Source of the DNA: Takakia lepidozioides | Taxonomy: Eukaryota; Plantae; Bryophyta | Length of the DNA: 64,000 bases | NCBI GenBank assembly: GCA_030704615.1 | Contig: CM060733.1 | Span: forward strand, 8,184,001-8,248,000 | Direction: 5' to 3' | Shown here: positions 1 through 12,755 of the stretch, piece after piece | How the letters are laid out: each line of letters opens with the position of its first letter | How positions within the stretch are numbered: the first letter of the stretch is position 1 | Notes under the pieces: model-generated | What the model saw: only the letters and a program-made list of their open reading frames with translations | What the model was told of the DNA's origin: nothing | The model's database searches: none | Program-made: the position numbers and the translations under genes

Positions 1-1129
1 TTTAGGATTAAATGTTGAAGATGGAAGCCAACTTGACAAATGTGCAGGGGATTTCGTGGACCTCACTCTACAATCCTCACCCTCCGTGTTAAGTGTCACT
101 GATGTGAAATCTACCTCGAGAATGTCATCCGTTGAGGACGCGGCTGCGGCTACGGCTCCGCAACACAATGTTGCATCTTTTCCCTTCTTCTCTCCCCAGC
201 ACGAAGGTTGGACAGCCCAAATCAGAAGGAGTTAGGTAAAATTACTTATATCTGAATTCTAACTCGTCCTTTTGTTTTCCTTAGTACTGGGTCTGATGTT
301 CTTGTTTTACTCCAGGACAGAAAATCTGCGGATTGTGACCTTCCTGACAAACGACGTCTTCATTGGAAATCTGTTCCGAGGTAATCCCTTCGTTACGTGT
401 GAATTCCATTCAAGATGTGGAGTGCTCAAGGGACAATTTCCATTCCGTTCCCCTTCTCCGAAACCCTTTCGACGAGGACAAGGACGAAACTTCAATTGCA
501 ACTTCTGGGCTTCCCGACCCTGCAATGTTGGCGCAATGTTCTGCACCGAGGAAGCGGAATAGGGCCCCCAAACCATTTCCATCTCTTCTACAAATCGGTT
601 CCACCGGAAAGAAGTCCTTCGTCAGAGACAAAGCAGACTCGAGGAAGAAAAGGAATACCTCGGATATACCGGGGTCTCATCAAAACACGTCCATTGGGAT
701 GCCAAGCCCGCCAGCGAGACTTTCCAATAAGGCGACATCGGTATTATTCGATATCATTTCTCCACTTTTTTCTTTTTTTTGTTCGTTTGGTTATGCACTA
801 ATTAACTCCATCTTTTTTTCAACAGGCGGGGATGCAGCACAATACCTTCATCAATTTCCCTCCGTACAAGGTACTTTCCTGAACCTCCACTTGGCAGTCG
901 ACGTTCCTCTTTTTAGCAATATTCACCCTCTTCTTGAAACATTCCAAGCCCACAACATTGTGCACTATTTTGCCATTTTCTGCACAATCGAGTGATCTTC
1001 ATTACACTCAATCATTCTGGGTCGTGGGTATTTTTCATGGCAGAAACACTAATGTCAGTGTGTGATTAACCTGCTCAGGATAATTTTGTCTCTCATCCTT
1101 TACATGCAATAGCGGGGAAGAGGAAACGG

Positions 1130-2160
1130 ATGTTGTTAATTTTGAGTGTCAACGGACTCCTCTGCTACCGGCCACCCCCAACCGGCGGTGAACTGTTTAA
1201 GGAGAAATTTCGTTTTAGGAATGTGACACTTCAAGTTCCTGACAGACCGTTTGTGGTGCCTTGGCCTGGAGTCTTGGAGTTTCTGGACCTTGCATTGAAG
1301 CATTTTCACGTGGCCATTTGGTCATGTACTGATAGAGGTGTTCTTTGTAGGATGTTGGAGAGCTTCGTCCCCACGAAAATAGCGAAGAAGTTTTCCTTCA
1401 TATGGTCTGCTGAGGATTGTAAGGATACCACCGGTTACATCAGGCCGGGGATGAAATATCTCGTGAAGGATATTCGAAGTGTTATTGTCAGGTACCCTGG
1501 TAGACCGTTTGCTACGCAGGGGCAAATACTTCATGTAGATGATGAGCCATCAAAAGGCCTGCGAAACCCACAAAATACTGGATTCTTCCCTTTCTCATTC
1601 AAGCCTTCACCAAACGGATTGCATGACCGGGATTATATGACAAAAGCAGTGTGGCCATATATATCGGAGATGGCTGGAGCTTCAACAGTCGTTGATTACA
1701 TTAACGAGAACCGGGCAAAGTGTTCTCATAAGCCTATTGGTCGAAACCATGCCTGCTGGGGCGGGTATGGAAGATATCTTGATCCTCGCATTTGGATCCC
1801 ACAACAAAAGGAACCTGATTACCTTGGTAGGCACGTGGATCCCACTCTTCTCTTGTTTGTTCATAATTTGATTTTCCAATTCTTTTGCAGCTGCATTTGC
1901 ACTCTTACCTCAACATATCCATATGCAAAACTTCCACTTTGGGCCTAACATTTGTCATTTCCATCGCTTGTCCCCAGTTACATTCAAGGAGGCAGTACAT
2001 TTCAGATGACAATGTCAGCCGGTTTCACCTTCCTGAAAGTATCTCCGTGTCATCTAGAGCGGAGACCGTTGCAAGTGGCTGTGGTAACCGGAGGCGTCTT
2101 CGGACACATGCCTTGACTGCGAGCCGTTTGGGAGGAGGCTCAGTATTATTAATGACTTAA
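1130..2160 (+). CDS. FCP1-homology / NIF (HAD-superfamily phosphatase-like) domain protein, spliced, 5' exons upstream; catalytic motif degenerate
   Basis: ORF 1130-1948 reads KRKRMLLILSVNGLL...PWPGVLEFLDLALKHFHVAIWS...HVDDEPSKGLRNP, matching the plant FCP1-like pattern LLVLDLNGLL...RP...F...VWSS...DDSP.K...NP. The first Asp is replaced by Ser. Probable donor at ~1827 and last exon ~1978-2160. Confidence 0.6.
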
Positions 2161-2844
2161 TATAAGCCGTAACGGTTCTATGGCTTCAGAATCTATGGCT
2201 TGTATGGCATTAAGTCCATGAACGGATGGACAGTTGACGTTTATTTTTCTGTTGGTCAATCGCCTTGAATAATATAATCTCAAATAAAATATGAATGTTT
2301 CATATCATCAATCAGGTCCCGACAGACTCGTTTTTTCCATGTTGTCCTCTTCATCACATGCCATCATTGTTTCATATTTGGTTCTGCCATTATTCCATGT
2401 TTGTTTCTGTATGTCATTTTGGATATCGGAGCTCTCATCATTGTTTGATTCATTGCATCCTCCCATTCCTTTTAATGAACGTCAACTTGGCAGTGGATGT
2501 TCATCTAAGACCACAATACATACTTGTGTTTTTGCGTAGAATGTGTGGAGGATTACATAATTTGTTGTTATATAGTGCACAAATAGTCAAATAATTATAG
2601 ATATATATCTTTATTTCTATTATAGATTATAATTATTCATATATCTTGTATTATTTCTGGACCAAACAAAAGTCCAGAATTAGTTAAAATAAAGTTCATT
2701 ATGAAACCACCACTGTGAAGCATCTGAGAAAAACTCCAGTCAGAACTGTTTGTTGCTCATTGCTTGATCTGCAGAAACTACAAGAGCATGCAAGCTCTGT
2801 CATTTCCCTTACTCCGAGGAAAATCCTGGTAATACCACAATGAA

Positions 2845-3083
2845 TGTATGCACTTCGGTATTGAGCTCAATGCAGCTGTGGCCTGGCTCCTTCTGCACAA
2901 CTCTGGCCTTCATCATTTCTCAAACTGTTGCCAGCTGCACCATAGACGTTGGACAACTGCCTCCTCTCGATCCCACTTGAGAATTCATTTTGCCGCACGT
3001 TCTGTCACCTCCACATTGACGAATTCTGCAGGCACCAAGCAAGCTGGCCTTCCACACCACAATATCTGATGAAGTCCTCAGCT
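2845..3083 (-). pseudogene. Degenerate PLS-class PPR protein fragment (last repeat, E/E+ domain)
   Basis: Across frameshifts reads AEDFIR..DIVVWKASLLGACRI..NVEVTERAAK..LSNVYGAAG..EMMKARVVQKEPGHSCIELNTEVHTFIV, the E/E+ signature (WxxLLGACR, LSNIYAAAG, KKEPGCSWIE..VH.F). Contains stops and small deletions. Confidence 0.8.
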
Positions 3084-5339
3084 GACACACACATCTTTCT
3101 GTCTCAATCTGTAGGGTATGGAATTGATATTTGAAAGCACCCATGCCCAATGAAAGAAGGAAAGATAGAAACTTCACATTGTCCCATGATAGCTGGGTGG
3201 GAAAGTGGGTGGGGGTTATATTGTGTCGACATTCCGTGCCACATTTGGTTTGTACATTATTCCACTAACCCCCCCAGCTCTGGCCCCACTCCGTTGCCAC
3301 CTCAGCTTTGTGCAGCTCTCCAACTCACTGGACCCACACCATGCCCAGCCCGATGCCCCTTGCTTACTTTCTGAAGACATCGTGTGCTCACCTGCAAGCC
3401 CGGCCATCCAGTATGCAACCCTCTTTAACTATTTACCACTTCTGAAGGTTGGTGCTCTCATTAAACATTGAAACAGACTTTCCTGTTGTAGCAACCAAAT
3501 TCAGATGTAATGAAAAAGCATACCAGAGGGTCATGTCGGGCTAGGGATCGAAGAATCCCCTCCTGTCTCTCAAGGGATTTTACAGCTGATACTTCACCCC
3601 CTTTGGGCAAGCCGCGTCCAAATGTTGTTAGACTTCCAAACTGGCGTGCCTTCTTCAACTCATCTGCAAAATCTGTTAACATGATTTGCAAATGAAGTAT
3701 CTGATGTATACCATGTCTGAAATCTAAATGTGCCCTACCTCTTACTCATGAATCATTTTCAATGAATCGAGCTTCTCCTCAGCTGGAATGGAGCTGTTTC
3801 TGAGCAGCTGGACCTTTGATGAGCAAGAGATTAGGATACCCGCAATGATTGAAGGTGAAAATGTTCCTGGTGAAAGCACTTCTTTCATCGAGCTACATTG
3901 CATTCATCTCCTTCAAACCAGCATCCAACTTGCTCACCAGCACCTCCAACTGCAATCCCAACAATGGCCATCTCATCACCACCTGTTGTCCATAGATAAG
4001 ATGCAAGCTCTTTGGGAATCTGGCCACTAGCAGTCTGTACAGCACCCTGAAAAGTATGAGTGCAAAATAACAACTGCACCACTCGAAACATTCCAAACTG
4101 ATGTATGGGGCCTCTAGGCCATCATAGTTAATAATTAAGAGAGTCAAAATGATATGATAGATCAGTATGCAACTCACACTGCTATGAGTAGAGAATTGTG
4201 GTCTCGCCTTGGATGAACACAACTTTGGCTTGTACCTGCCTCCGGATGTGATCTGATTGCACCCCTCCCTGACTCCAGCAGGCTTTCCCTCCTCCAACAG
4301 AAGTGCTCAAGGAGTCCATTGAAGTTGTTTTGTCTTCGTTGCACAGCTCCCTGTCAGTTGCCTTTGATTCTTGTACAACTTGTTCCCCAACTAACCGCTC
4401 ATCTGCTTTACTTACCAATTGCACTAGCATCTCCGTTATGGTCTTCTGATCCACAGAGACTCGCCTCTACAAGTAGTGAAGAAGTGGAAGGACTCAGGGT
4501 AATGTCTAGAAGTCCTGCTGTTGTGAGTCAGTAGCGTTATAGCTGTGCAAACATTTGAAACACACACATTCCTGCATTGTGCACATTTTAGACAAGTGAG
4601 TAAAAGACCCTAAGTCTCCCCTTTGCAGGAGTTCCAAATCTTTATCGTCAGTACTCATTATGGTAATGAATCAGGACTTGTGGGATAGATGGAAGGAACA
4701 ATATGGCTTTGAGCAGCAAACTAGAATTTTGAGGCAGAGGACATGATTGAAAAACATCCAACAATATTTGACAGCCACAAAAGCTAATCCATCAATTGTA
4801 TTGGAATTTTGCCGGGATCCAACAACCTGCAACCTGACATCACCAAAATCAGGCAAATTGTTCAATTGAATGCCTTTGATGAGGATGGATCTATAGGCAA
4901 AAACAGAAAGAGAAGAGGTGTGCTTGCCCTACTTTGATATTCTGTGTCCCCTTCAACAGCGGAAGGACAAAGGTGTGAAGGGTTGGGGCTTCCAGTGCAA
5001 GTGCTCTCGCTGCCTTCTGGAGGAAGGCATGCAGCCAAATCTAGCCAATGTGACCACAATTCACCATATCCGTGAGTCAGATCTATGACACGTCAATTCA
5101 TGATCTACCATATTTCGTGTCAATAGTGACAGCATATGGTTATATCCAAATTGCATCATTATCACCACGTTTGATAAAACAATGGTCACAAAAATAATGG
5201 CCAAGAAGGCTAAAACATGGAAAAAGAGCAACCTTCAGCTTTGAATGTCAGTCTCACAGTTTGCATTTATTGTTTCCAGTGAACACTGGTTATAGGGAGG
5301 TACTGCTACCCCGTCCAATTTAGTGCTCCTAGGCACTCA

Positions 5340-5445
5340 CTCTATTCCGTAATCCTCACAAGCATATCTACAGTAACCTTTGACAAGTTTCACAATGCAT
5401 AGTCTTGTGACTAGACTGCATGCCTGCAAATTCACATATGTGGGC
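5340..5445 (-). pseudogene. Possible second PPR fragment
   Basis: TYVNLQACS...KGYCRYACEDYGIE resembles PPR TFVSLLSACS...EG..YF..M.EDYGIEP; short and weak match. Confidence 0.3.
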
Positions 5446-5981
5446 ACACCCCCACAAAACTGAGAGAGATGCTCAGGCAGGCAAAGAGCAGGCTTCGTAA
5501 TCAGAAACCTCTTTATCCAATCATGGTGCAGCCAGAACAATAAATAATCTTGGCCTCCCAAACTGTTATACATGCAGTCATCAACAGGTATGCATTGCCA
5601 CTGTTCAGAGATGAACAAAGCCTGACCTATCCAAAGATACTTGGCGCATGTCAAACACCAAGCCCTTCCACTCATATCATCCCACCATTAAGTACAATTC
5701 AAACCAGTTTCCAACTTCCTCAAGACATCCCCTCTGTTACTCATGTGGGCAGACCCACAACTTTAAATTAACATTTCCAAACTTGCCAATTGCAAGGCAA
5801 AATGCAGCAGGTCTGTGTGCAGATGTGGTTTGAGCACTGACCTCAAGCCATTTGCAAACCACCCCTTCTAATAAAACCCTCAATGCCAAACACAGACTAG
5901 GTACCCAAGGTTTTTGGACTCCATGCAAGCACTAAATCAAGAATCTAATAACATCACACAGACTTGTTACTCTGCCGATGG

Positions 5982-6098
5982 TCATGCTTGTGGTGCAGGC
6001 CTTGAGGTTAGAAGCGGTTGCAGGGCTTTCACCACGATAGTCATGTTGGGGCGAAAGTCCCCTTCGTACTGCACACAGAGTGCTGCAACTGCTGCCAT
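5982..6098 (-). pseudogene. Isolated last exon of a PTI1-like receptor-like cytoplasmic kinase
   Basis: [30 protein letters not shown] matches the PTI1 C-terminus and is preceded by a CAG acceptor (6099-6101). No upstream kinase exons seen. Confidence 0.8.
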
Positions 6099-6344
6099 CT
6101 GCCATTCCAACTCAAACTTGCATCGGTAACCTTTATCCAGTTGTTGAGAGAACCTAAATACGGAGCTAGGGGCTGCCATAAGCCAGCCAGTTGCTGAAGA
6201 GACCATCTACTATGCAATCTCTTGCAATGAGAATGCAACTCAAAAGGTTGACACAAAAACCTACCTTGGCAACTGCCTTCGGAATATCGATCTCATCGGC
6301 AAACCATCAACCTGGGAATGAGTGTCGACATTGTTGATACAGGC

Positions 6345-6582
6345 ACTAGTAAGTTGGCCTGGAAGGGGCACCAGGCAAGTGCTTTCAGAGTTGCTTGGTG
6401 GTTGTCCAGCATGTGTAGATAGACTGTTGACTCAGGTGATGATGATGTGACAGCTGCATCCCAAATGTAGAGCAAGTTGTCATTGCCTCCACTTGCTAGT
6501 TGTTGACTTGACGATGACCACTTGAGGCCACACACCTCCTGATTGTGCCCTATCAGACGGGAGGTGACATGATCTCTCACCC
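6345..6582 (-). pseudogene. CDC20/Fizzy-family WD40 fragment
   Basis: [42 protein letters not shown]...[18 protein letters not shown] is the characteristic CDC20 WD40 stretch. Only ~80 codons are present. Confidence 0.85.
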
Positions 6583-8557
6583 GTGTTGCCAATTCAAAAC
6601 ACACTCTTTAGCAAGTCATATTTTGAAGGAAGACATGTCTGCAGTATCCATTTAAGCCTCTTTCTCCTTCTGGTTCTTTCATTAATGTCCACTGCCTTCA
6701 AAGTTCCCCGTCTGAATGCTCAGTTAGTTTTTTATCCTTGAATGTGTCTGTGACAACCATTGTTGAGTTTCAGAAACATCTCACTCCATCAGAAAAACAT
6801 TGTTATGCCGATCAGCATACTTTGTATCACTTCTTGTTGATTCCTTACCCCAAACTTTCTCTGCCTCACAGAAGCTATTCAATGCTTGGAAAAGGGCCCA
6901 AAAGCAAACAACCTTACCATCATGATTGATGATGAGGCTGTCACGACCAAAACACGTTCACAAGCCTAAGCAAGCAAAATGATGTGATCTGCGGAGCCCT
7001 TGCACGAAAACTGAAGCTGATCGAATGAGGGAAAGGCCACGGTTTGCATTGAGCAGCGAGACTGTTGAGAGCTTGCAAGGTGCACGATGGCGGAAAACGC
7101 AGAGCTCCTGCAGTTCAAGAACTTCAAGAACCGGGCAGTCCGGGCAATTCCAAAACAACTTGGCGCTTTGGGGTTTTTCGCGCGGGCCGTCCGGGCAGAT
7201 TCCAAAGAAATTGACGACGACGATGACGTGGCGATAAAGACATGGCACTATGGCACCCTATTCCTGCTCTATGCTAAACTAGCTTTCGACCTTCGGTCGC
7301 CGCTAGAATATATATCAAGTTCATCATAACAAAGTATAGAAATGATACCTTAAAATGAAAAAATAGAATGCAATCCATCCAGGGCCGTTTTAATTTTTGT
7401 GTGCCATGTTTCACCACCATAATAGCAGGCGCGTTCCATTCGTTGGCTTGCAAGTCCTAATCAAACATATTATGTTTCATAATGTGCTAGGGGCAATAGC
7501 CCTAGAATTCTGCTTTGTAATCCTCCTCCACAGCGCCATACCAGGCAGGCAATTTCCTCTGCAACCCAAAATTGGAGAGTCTGTAGGGTCCGTGTCTACA
7601 CTGATCATTATCAGTGCAAAAGTGCATGTGCCCGGGCCTATTCCAGAAATGAAGGTGCATTGAAGAGATTCGCAGTTCCTTGCACCTGCCTGGTCGTGAG
7701 TGAGTTAGCAGTCCTGCATCACAGTGACTGCATGTGGCCTTCCTTTCAAAAGCTCTCGGAGATAATCTTCCCGCAGAACTCAGCTGCCATGATGACTCCA
7801 ACTCTCTCCGGTATCAAGTTTCTATCAATCTTACTCCTGACTCTCTCATTCCCAGTGCCTCTGGCATCAGGATTTGGAAAGGATAGTTACTTGGACATCA
7901 ATTTGGGGGCTCGTGTATCTTCCTCGGTAGCCTCAGTGTTGGCTACTATGCCCAACATGGTACGGTTTCTTTGGTTTTTGGAGTATTTAGAGGCTTCTTC
8001 GCTGGCTCTCTCACAAACAAGGGTTCGCAAGTCTGGACGACCATTGTAGCTAGGTGTATAGTAACGAGGATTTAAGGCTTTGTGAAAAACTTCGACCCAT
8101 TTGTCTCCTATTATGAGAACTTTTTCCACGAACAGGGGTGACGGCCATCCGCCCCACTTTTGGAATGGTGGGACGATCATGGGTGATGTCCCTGTCAGAG
8201 AGCTTAGTAAGTATATCCAGGGGGTAGGGAGGTAGGGGGAAAACAAACACAACTATAACTTTTGCAGTACTCTGGACAGAGTACTTAGATTTAACATCAC
8301 CAGAAGAAGTAGAAGAACAGCTTTATCCCAAACTAGTGCATCTTATTGTGCGTCCTTGACCTATTATACAGTGCAAAGAGGGTTGAGGTAATGACTGTCA
8401 GGTAGCCCACATCTAATCCTGACCTCTGACTTAAGCCTAGAACACCTGACCTGGCCTTAACGACTGCAATGTCTTCAAGGTCTCAGTCTTTTGTTGAACT
8501 TTGATTCTGTTTCTGTTTTATTTAAGCAGTCCGTTCATTCGTCGGGATGTTTTGCAG

Positions 8558-10060
8558 GACAAAGCAGGCCCGTTCTGCCGAAGCGCAGTAGACTGTGCTA
8601 TTATTTTGGATGTAATTCGAGGCAGGGACCCCCACGGCCTTTCCTCTAGAGACATCCATTTGGAGGACCCTTTCTCCATAGACATTACCAAGCTGACTGT
8701 GGGCTATCTAGCTGACGCTGACATGGGGGTAATCTCCCTTCTCTTTCTTTCTTTCACACAGACAACTCCCAACCATTGAGGGGCTTTCCCTCTGCTCCTT
8801 GATGGAAATTTGAAGGAAGCTGCTTTGACGCATTACAATTTTGTGAATGGGATTGTCCAATATCTGCCCCATGTTTATGCAATATGTACAAAAATGGGAA
8901 TTATCAAAAGCATTCATCCACCTACATGTCTCATTAGTAGAGGTTTCCTTTTGATGTTGCAGGTAGTACAAATGCTGGCCTCCAGAGGGGTGACAATGAT
9001 TGAGCTCAATTACAGCATAACCTCAGCACAAGCAATCCTCAATTTCACCATGGATGTGGACTCACTTTGACCACTGGCAGCGAGCAGGTCTGGATGATGT
9101 TTATGAAGCTCAAGATCAACGGCCGGTGGAAATCCGCCGTGCCGGCCTCATTCCTGCTGTTGATTACATGCAGGTATAGTTGATGAATTTGAAAGGGAAG
9201 TCTTTTTTTCTCTTCCTCCTTAATGTGATATATTGGTATGAAAAGGAGGACAGGACACACTGCTTTGTACTAGGGGCCGCCTTCACACTCACCTCTCTTT
9301 GCTCATTTCTTGAGTCCAGAGACAGTTGGAGCTGACCCTCTTTGGATCTGAGAAGGAGATTGCACACCCACCAAATTGATGCAATACTGAAGAGCTTTCT
9401 TGAGAATATCTGAAAATGGCCGAAATCATCTTCATTTTATGGGTAGGTAACACTACTAGAGGGAGCCTCCTAAGATGGTAACTCGGCAGACATTTTTTAC
9501 TATGATCAATGACATAAATCAGCTACATGGAGTAACCAGCAATGTTGGTGATGGTGCACAAAGACCCCGGGGGAAGTTGGCGCACGATGTATTGGAGATC
9601 CTGAGAAGCCAACAATTGCATGCTTTCATTGGAAATGCAACTGACTGGGAGAAGGTGTGTGTCGGAAACCTAGTGGGTTTGCCTGTCATTGTGATCCCCA
9701 CAGGCCTCAAGCCCATTTTGAATCCACCACCAGCGGGCACCAGGTGGCGGACAACTGTAACTACAGGCATCTATGCTGCTCCATTTGATGATGCGAAGGT
9801 ACAGATCCATCCAATCACATCATATCGAAGTGTATGACATGTCCAAATTTCATTCAAGGGTACTGTTGATTAAGGATCCATATATCCCAAGGGAGGCAAC
9901 CCTGGGCCTTAGTGCCTGTACCATTGATCAGGCACGACAATTGTGGCAAGTGTAATTTGCAGCATTGTATGCTCCATCCACCAAGGTTTCATAATCCCTC
10001 ATTACCCAATACTGGGTACTTGGGTCAATGGGGACAGGCACTAAGGCCCCCAGCATATGA
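8558..10060 (+). pseudogene. Amidase-signature (GatA-like) family pseudogene, 3' exons only
   Basis: Exons 8558-8728 (DKAGPFCRSAVDCAIILDVIRGRD..), 8963-9173 (frameshift at ~9062), ~9556-9798 (AFIGNATDWEKVCVGNLVGLP..; acceptor lost) and ~10038 (AL-RPP, internal deletion). N-terminal catalytic exons not found. Confidence 0.8.
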
Positions 10061-11477
10061 TTTCAGGTGCTTAATTTCATGCCCTCCTTTATGCTTGGTA
10101 AAATGCCTGTACTCCTAGATTTGGCACCTAGATTTGTATATCATGGATTCGGACTTACCTACTGATGCCTTGAAATTCCTCTGCAGACCCTAAATCACTT
10201 TTAAGCTGTTGCACTCCAATGTCATCAGAGAGGAATTCACTGGTTGAGAACTCAACTCTCCAATGTATGCAGGTGCTGGCATTGGCAATGGCTTACCACT
10301 CAGTGACTGATCATCATCTCCAGCGGCCACCTTTGGATTAAGGAATGGCCCGGAGATCCAATTCATCTTGGGCTTCACACGTGGGAGCAGTGCACCCTAA
10401 AAAGTTGGAACGCATGGAAATTTTGTGCCCAAAAGACCAGGGTCATTGGCCAAAAACACCAAATAGGAAGGCTGCATGTTCCTTACAATCTTGAAGAAAA
10501 AATGAAGTTGGCATGTACACTTGAGTGGTTGGATTGAATGATGAATTTTGACAAATCTCTCCATGCCAAGCTGAAATTTGGATAGATTGTCCCTGCATTT
10601 ATTACAAAGACATGATATTGAATACATTCCACTCAATCAACAGAGACCGAGTACTCCAAAGATACAAACAGAACATTAGCTGGACAGTCTGCCTAAAATG
10701 GAGCCATTGAGATCCACCTTTTTCATGGAGGCTTAGGCTTCAAATGACTTAGGCGTGTGTTTTCCATACCAACTTGTCACAGCATGCAAAAATTGGACCA
10801 ATGCTGCAGACTGGAGACCACAGAGACAGAACAAATGAAAATGGAAAAGAGAACAATTTGCATTACCGCATAATATCCAGAAGCTTACGTGTGCCGACAA
10901 ATATGCTCAGCCAAAACTCTATCGCCAGATTGAATGTGCTAGTCGAAGGTGCTGAATAGGGTGTTTGCATACCGTCAGAACTTCTACGACCTGCATATAC
11001 TTGTTGCAGGAAGAATATACACATGCCCTTGAATGCAGCTCGTCCAATTGACATACCCCAGGAACTTGGGCATCGCTACCTCCATATCTTCTGAAACCCA
11101 CATTGCCGCTGTGATGGGGTAGGCGCAAACTGTGTTCCTTTAGCCATGGTCTCGGACATCTTAGGATGTACCCACATAGTGGAGAGGTCTTGCATTTATA
11201 TGATCAAGCAGTGCTCTTGAAGGACTTGCTGCTGCCATCTTCACACATATGCAACCAAACTCTCAAAAAACTAACCTAACGATACTGGGACCAACCCGAA
11301 TTTTGTGAGATCACAGATTCAAAATCCTCCGATATGCAGGGAATAAGACCAGAACAGGATTCTAACCTGTGATAAGAGACTCATTAATCACTGTTGTGTC
11401 AAATTGCTCACCATGCCGGATGAGTACAGTCCGTCCAAATGACCCATAGAGCTGTCAGCACTCAGTTTGTGTAATAC

Positions 11478-11591
11478 AGACTAGGCTAAGTCCACACTAA
11501 AAATTAGCCTTGTGTGATCCACAAAGATTTTAAGGCATATAATATTTTGCTGAAGTATAACTTCAATGCCAAGGTAGCAGATTTGTGCCTT
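11478..11591 (+). pseudogene. Receptor-like kinase subdomain VI-VII fragment
   Basis: RLG*VHTKN*PCVIHKDFKAYNILLKYNFNAKVADLCL versus RLK consensus [35 protein letters not shown]. Confidence 0.7.
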
Positions 11592-11952
11592 AAAAGTGGA
11601 CGCTAGATCCGAAAACTGCATGAAGTGACACACGATGCCCCATATGCTCTCGACGAATATACCCATCAACCACTTAGTTTTGGGGAGGCGGCACCTTTTC
11701 AAACCGCGGCTTAAACCTGCCTCGGCCTTGTCCTTGACTTGCCTGCGCTCCAGAACCATTGTCCGTAAAATTTGTGTCCCTTCTGAGAACCATTGTGACT
11801 TAGTGTAACCGTAATCTGTCTGGAAAGGCCATGGCTTTCCAGAAAGATTACAGCCACAGCTTCAAAGTCAGTTTGAGAACCAGGATGGATACAATGTTCC
11901 AGCGTACTCCAGTTGCCAGGAAAGGCACCCAAAACCATCCTAACCAAAATTA

Positions 11953-12456
11953 TCAATTTTGAGCACCATCTGCAGGATTGTTGGGCGCATTATCGTCCGG
12001 AAAGTGAAACCCAATCGTCCCCCGCTTCTCTCCAGTGCCAACGCAGCGCGTGCAATACCCCATTCCGGAGCCTCGGCAATCCCAGCACCATTGTGGCCAC
12101 TCGCCCTTTGGCAGCATGGCCTGTTCTTTGTAATTCAGCCGCCCACATCCACAGCATCTGTGGCAACGAACCCTACCTGTCCCCCTGCAAATTACACATG
12201 GAGGGTCTGGCAGTTTTTTTTCCTCCCTTGTCACATTCGACTCTGTTCTCACATACCAGCGGCGCGATGGACGCAGCCACGGTCCCGCCATCAAATTGAA
12301 TCCCTCCAGACCTTCATGGGCTCGCACAGTAAGCGAGCTCACAGCGCCAGATGGGGGCTCCCCATACACCATTACCATCCTGTCAGAGCTCGGAATTGTG
12401 AAGCATGGTGTCATCGTCCTCGAAAAATTCACCAAGCTTGCTGCAGGATTCCCCAT
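11953..12456 (-). CDS. DnaJ/Hsp40 cysteine-rich zinc-finger protein (DnaJ-like, no J domain; probably plastid-targeted), intronless
   Basis: Four CxxCxGxG repeats (CVICRGTG, CHRCCGCG, CWDCRGSG, CTRCVGTG) plus MLPKGEWPQWC and GFHF motifs. Open 167-aa ORF. Confidence 0.75.
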   Translation of the reverse strand: MGNPAASLVNFSRTMTPCFTIPSSDRMVMVYGEPPSGAVSSLTVRAHEGLEGFNLMAGPWLRPSRRWYVRTESNVTREEKKLPDPPCVICRGTGRVRCHRCCGCGRLNYKEQAMLPKGEWPQWCWDCRGSGMGYCTRCVGTGEKRGTIGFHFPDDNAPNNPADGAQN

Positions 12457-12755
12457 GGCTGCCGCTCTGAATCTTCCCAGCGCATTGCATCAAAGCTCAC
12501 CAGCCCAGCTCCTCTACTCTCCACCTCCATAGCTATGAGCACTCACAAGACAGAGCGAGCAGGATGACATCCATTCGTTCGTTGTCATGCATCATTGTCG
12601 TGATGGATGTTGCAGCATTCATCCAGTAGAGGACTTTCTATTCCATTGATTCCCTATATTTGCAGGATAATAAACTATCTGACTTTTATGAACAAGTTAA
12701 TTGAAGGCCCTATTGAGAAGTTACAAAATACTATCAGGAATAAAATCAAGTCATT

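Noticed and set aside
6939-7260. GC-rich segment starting TGTCACGACC as a solo LTR or TIR
   Set aside because: No TSD and no second copy or inverted partner in the window.
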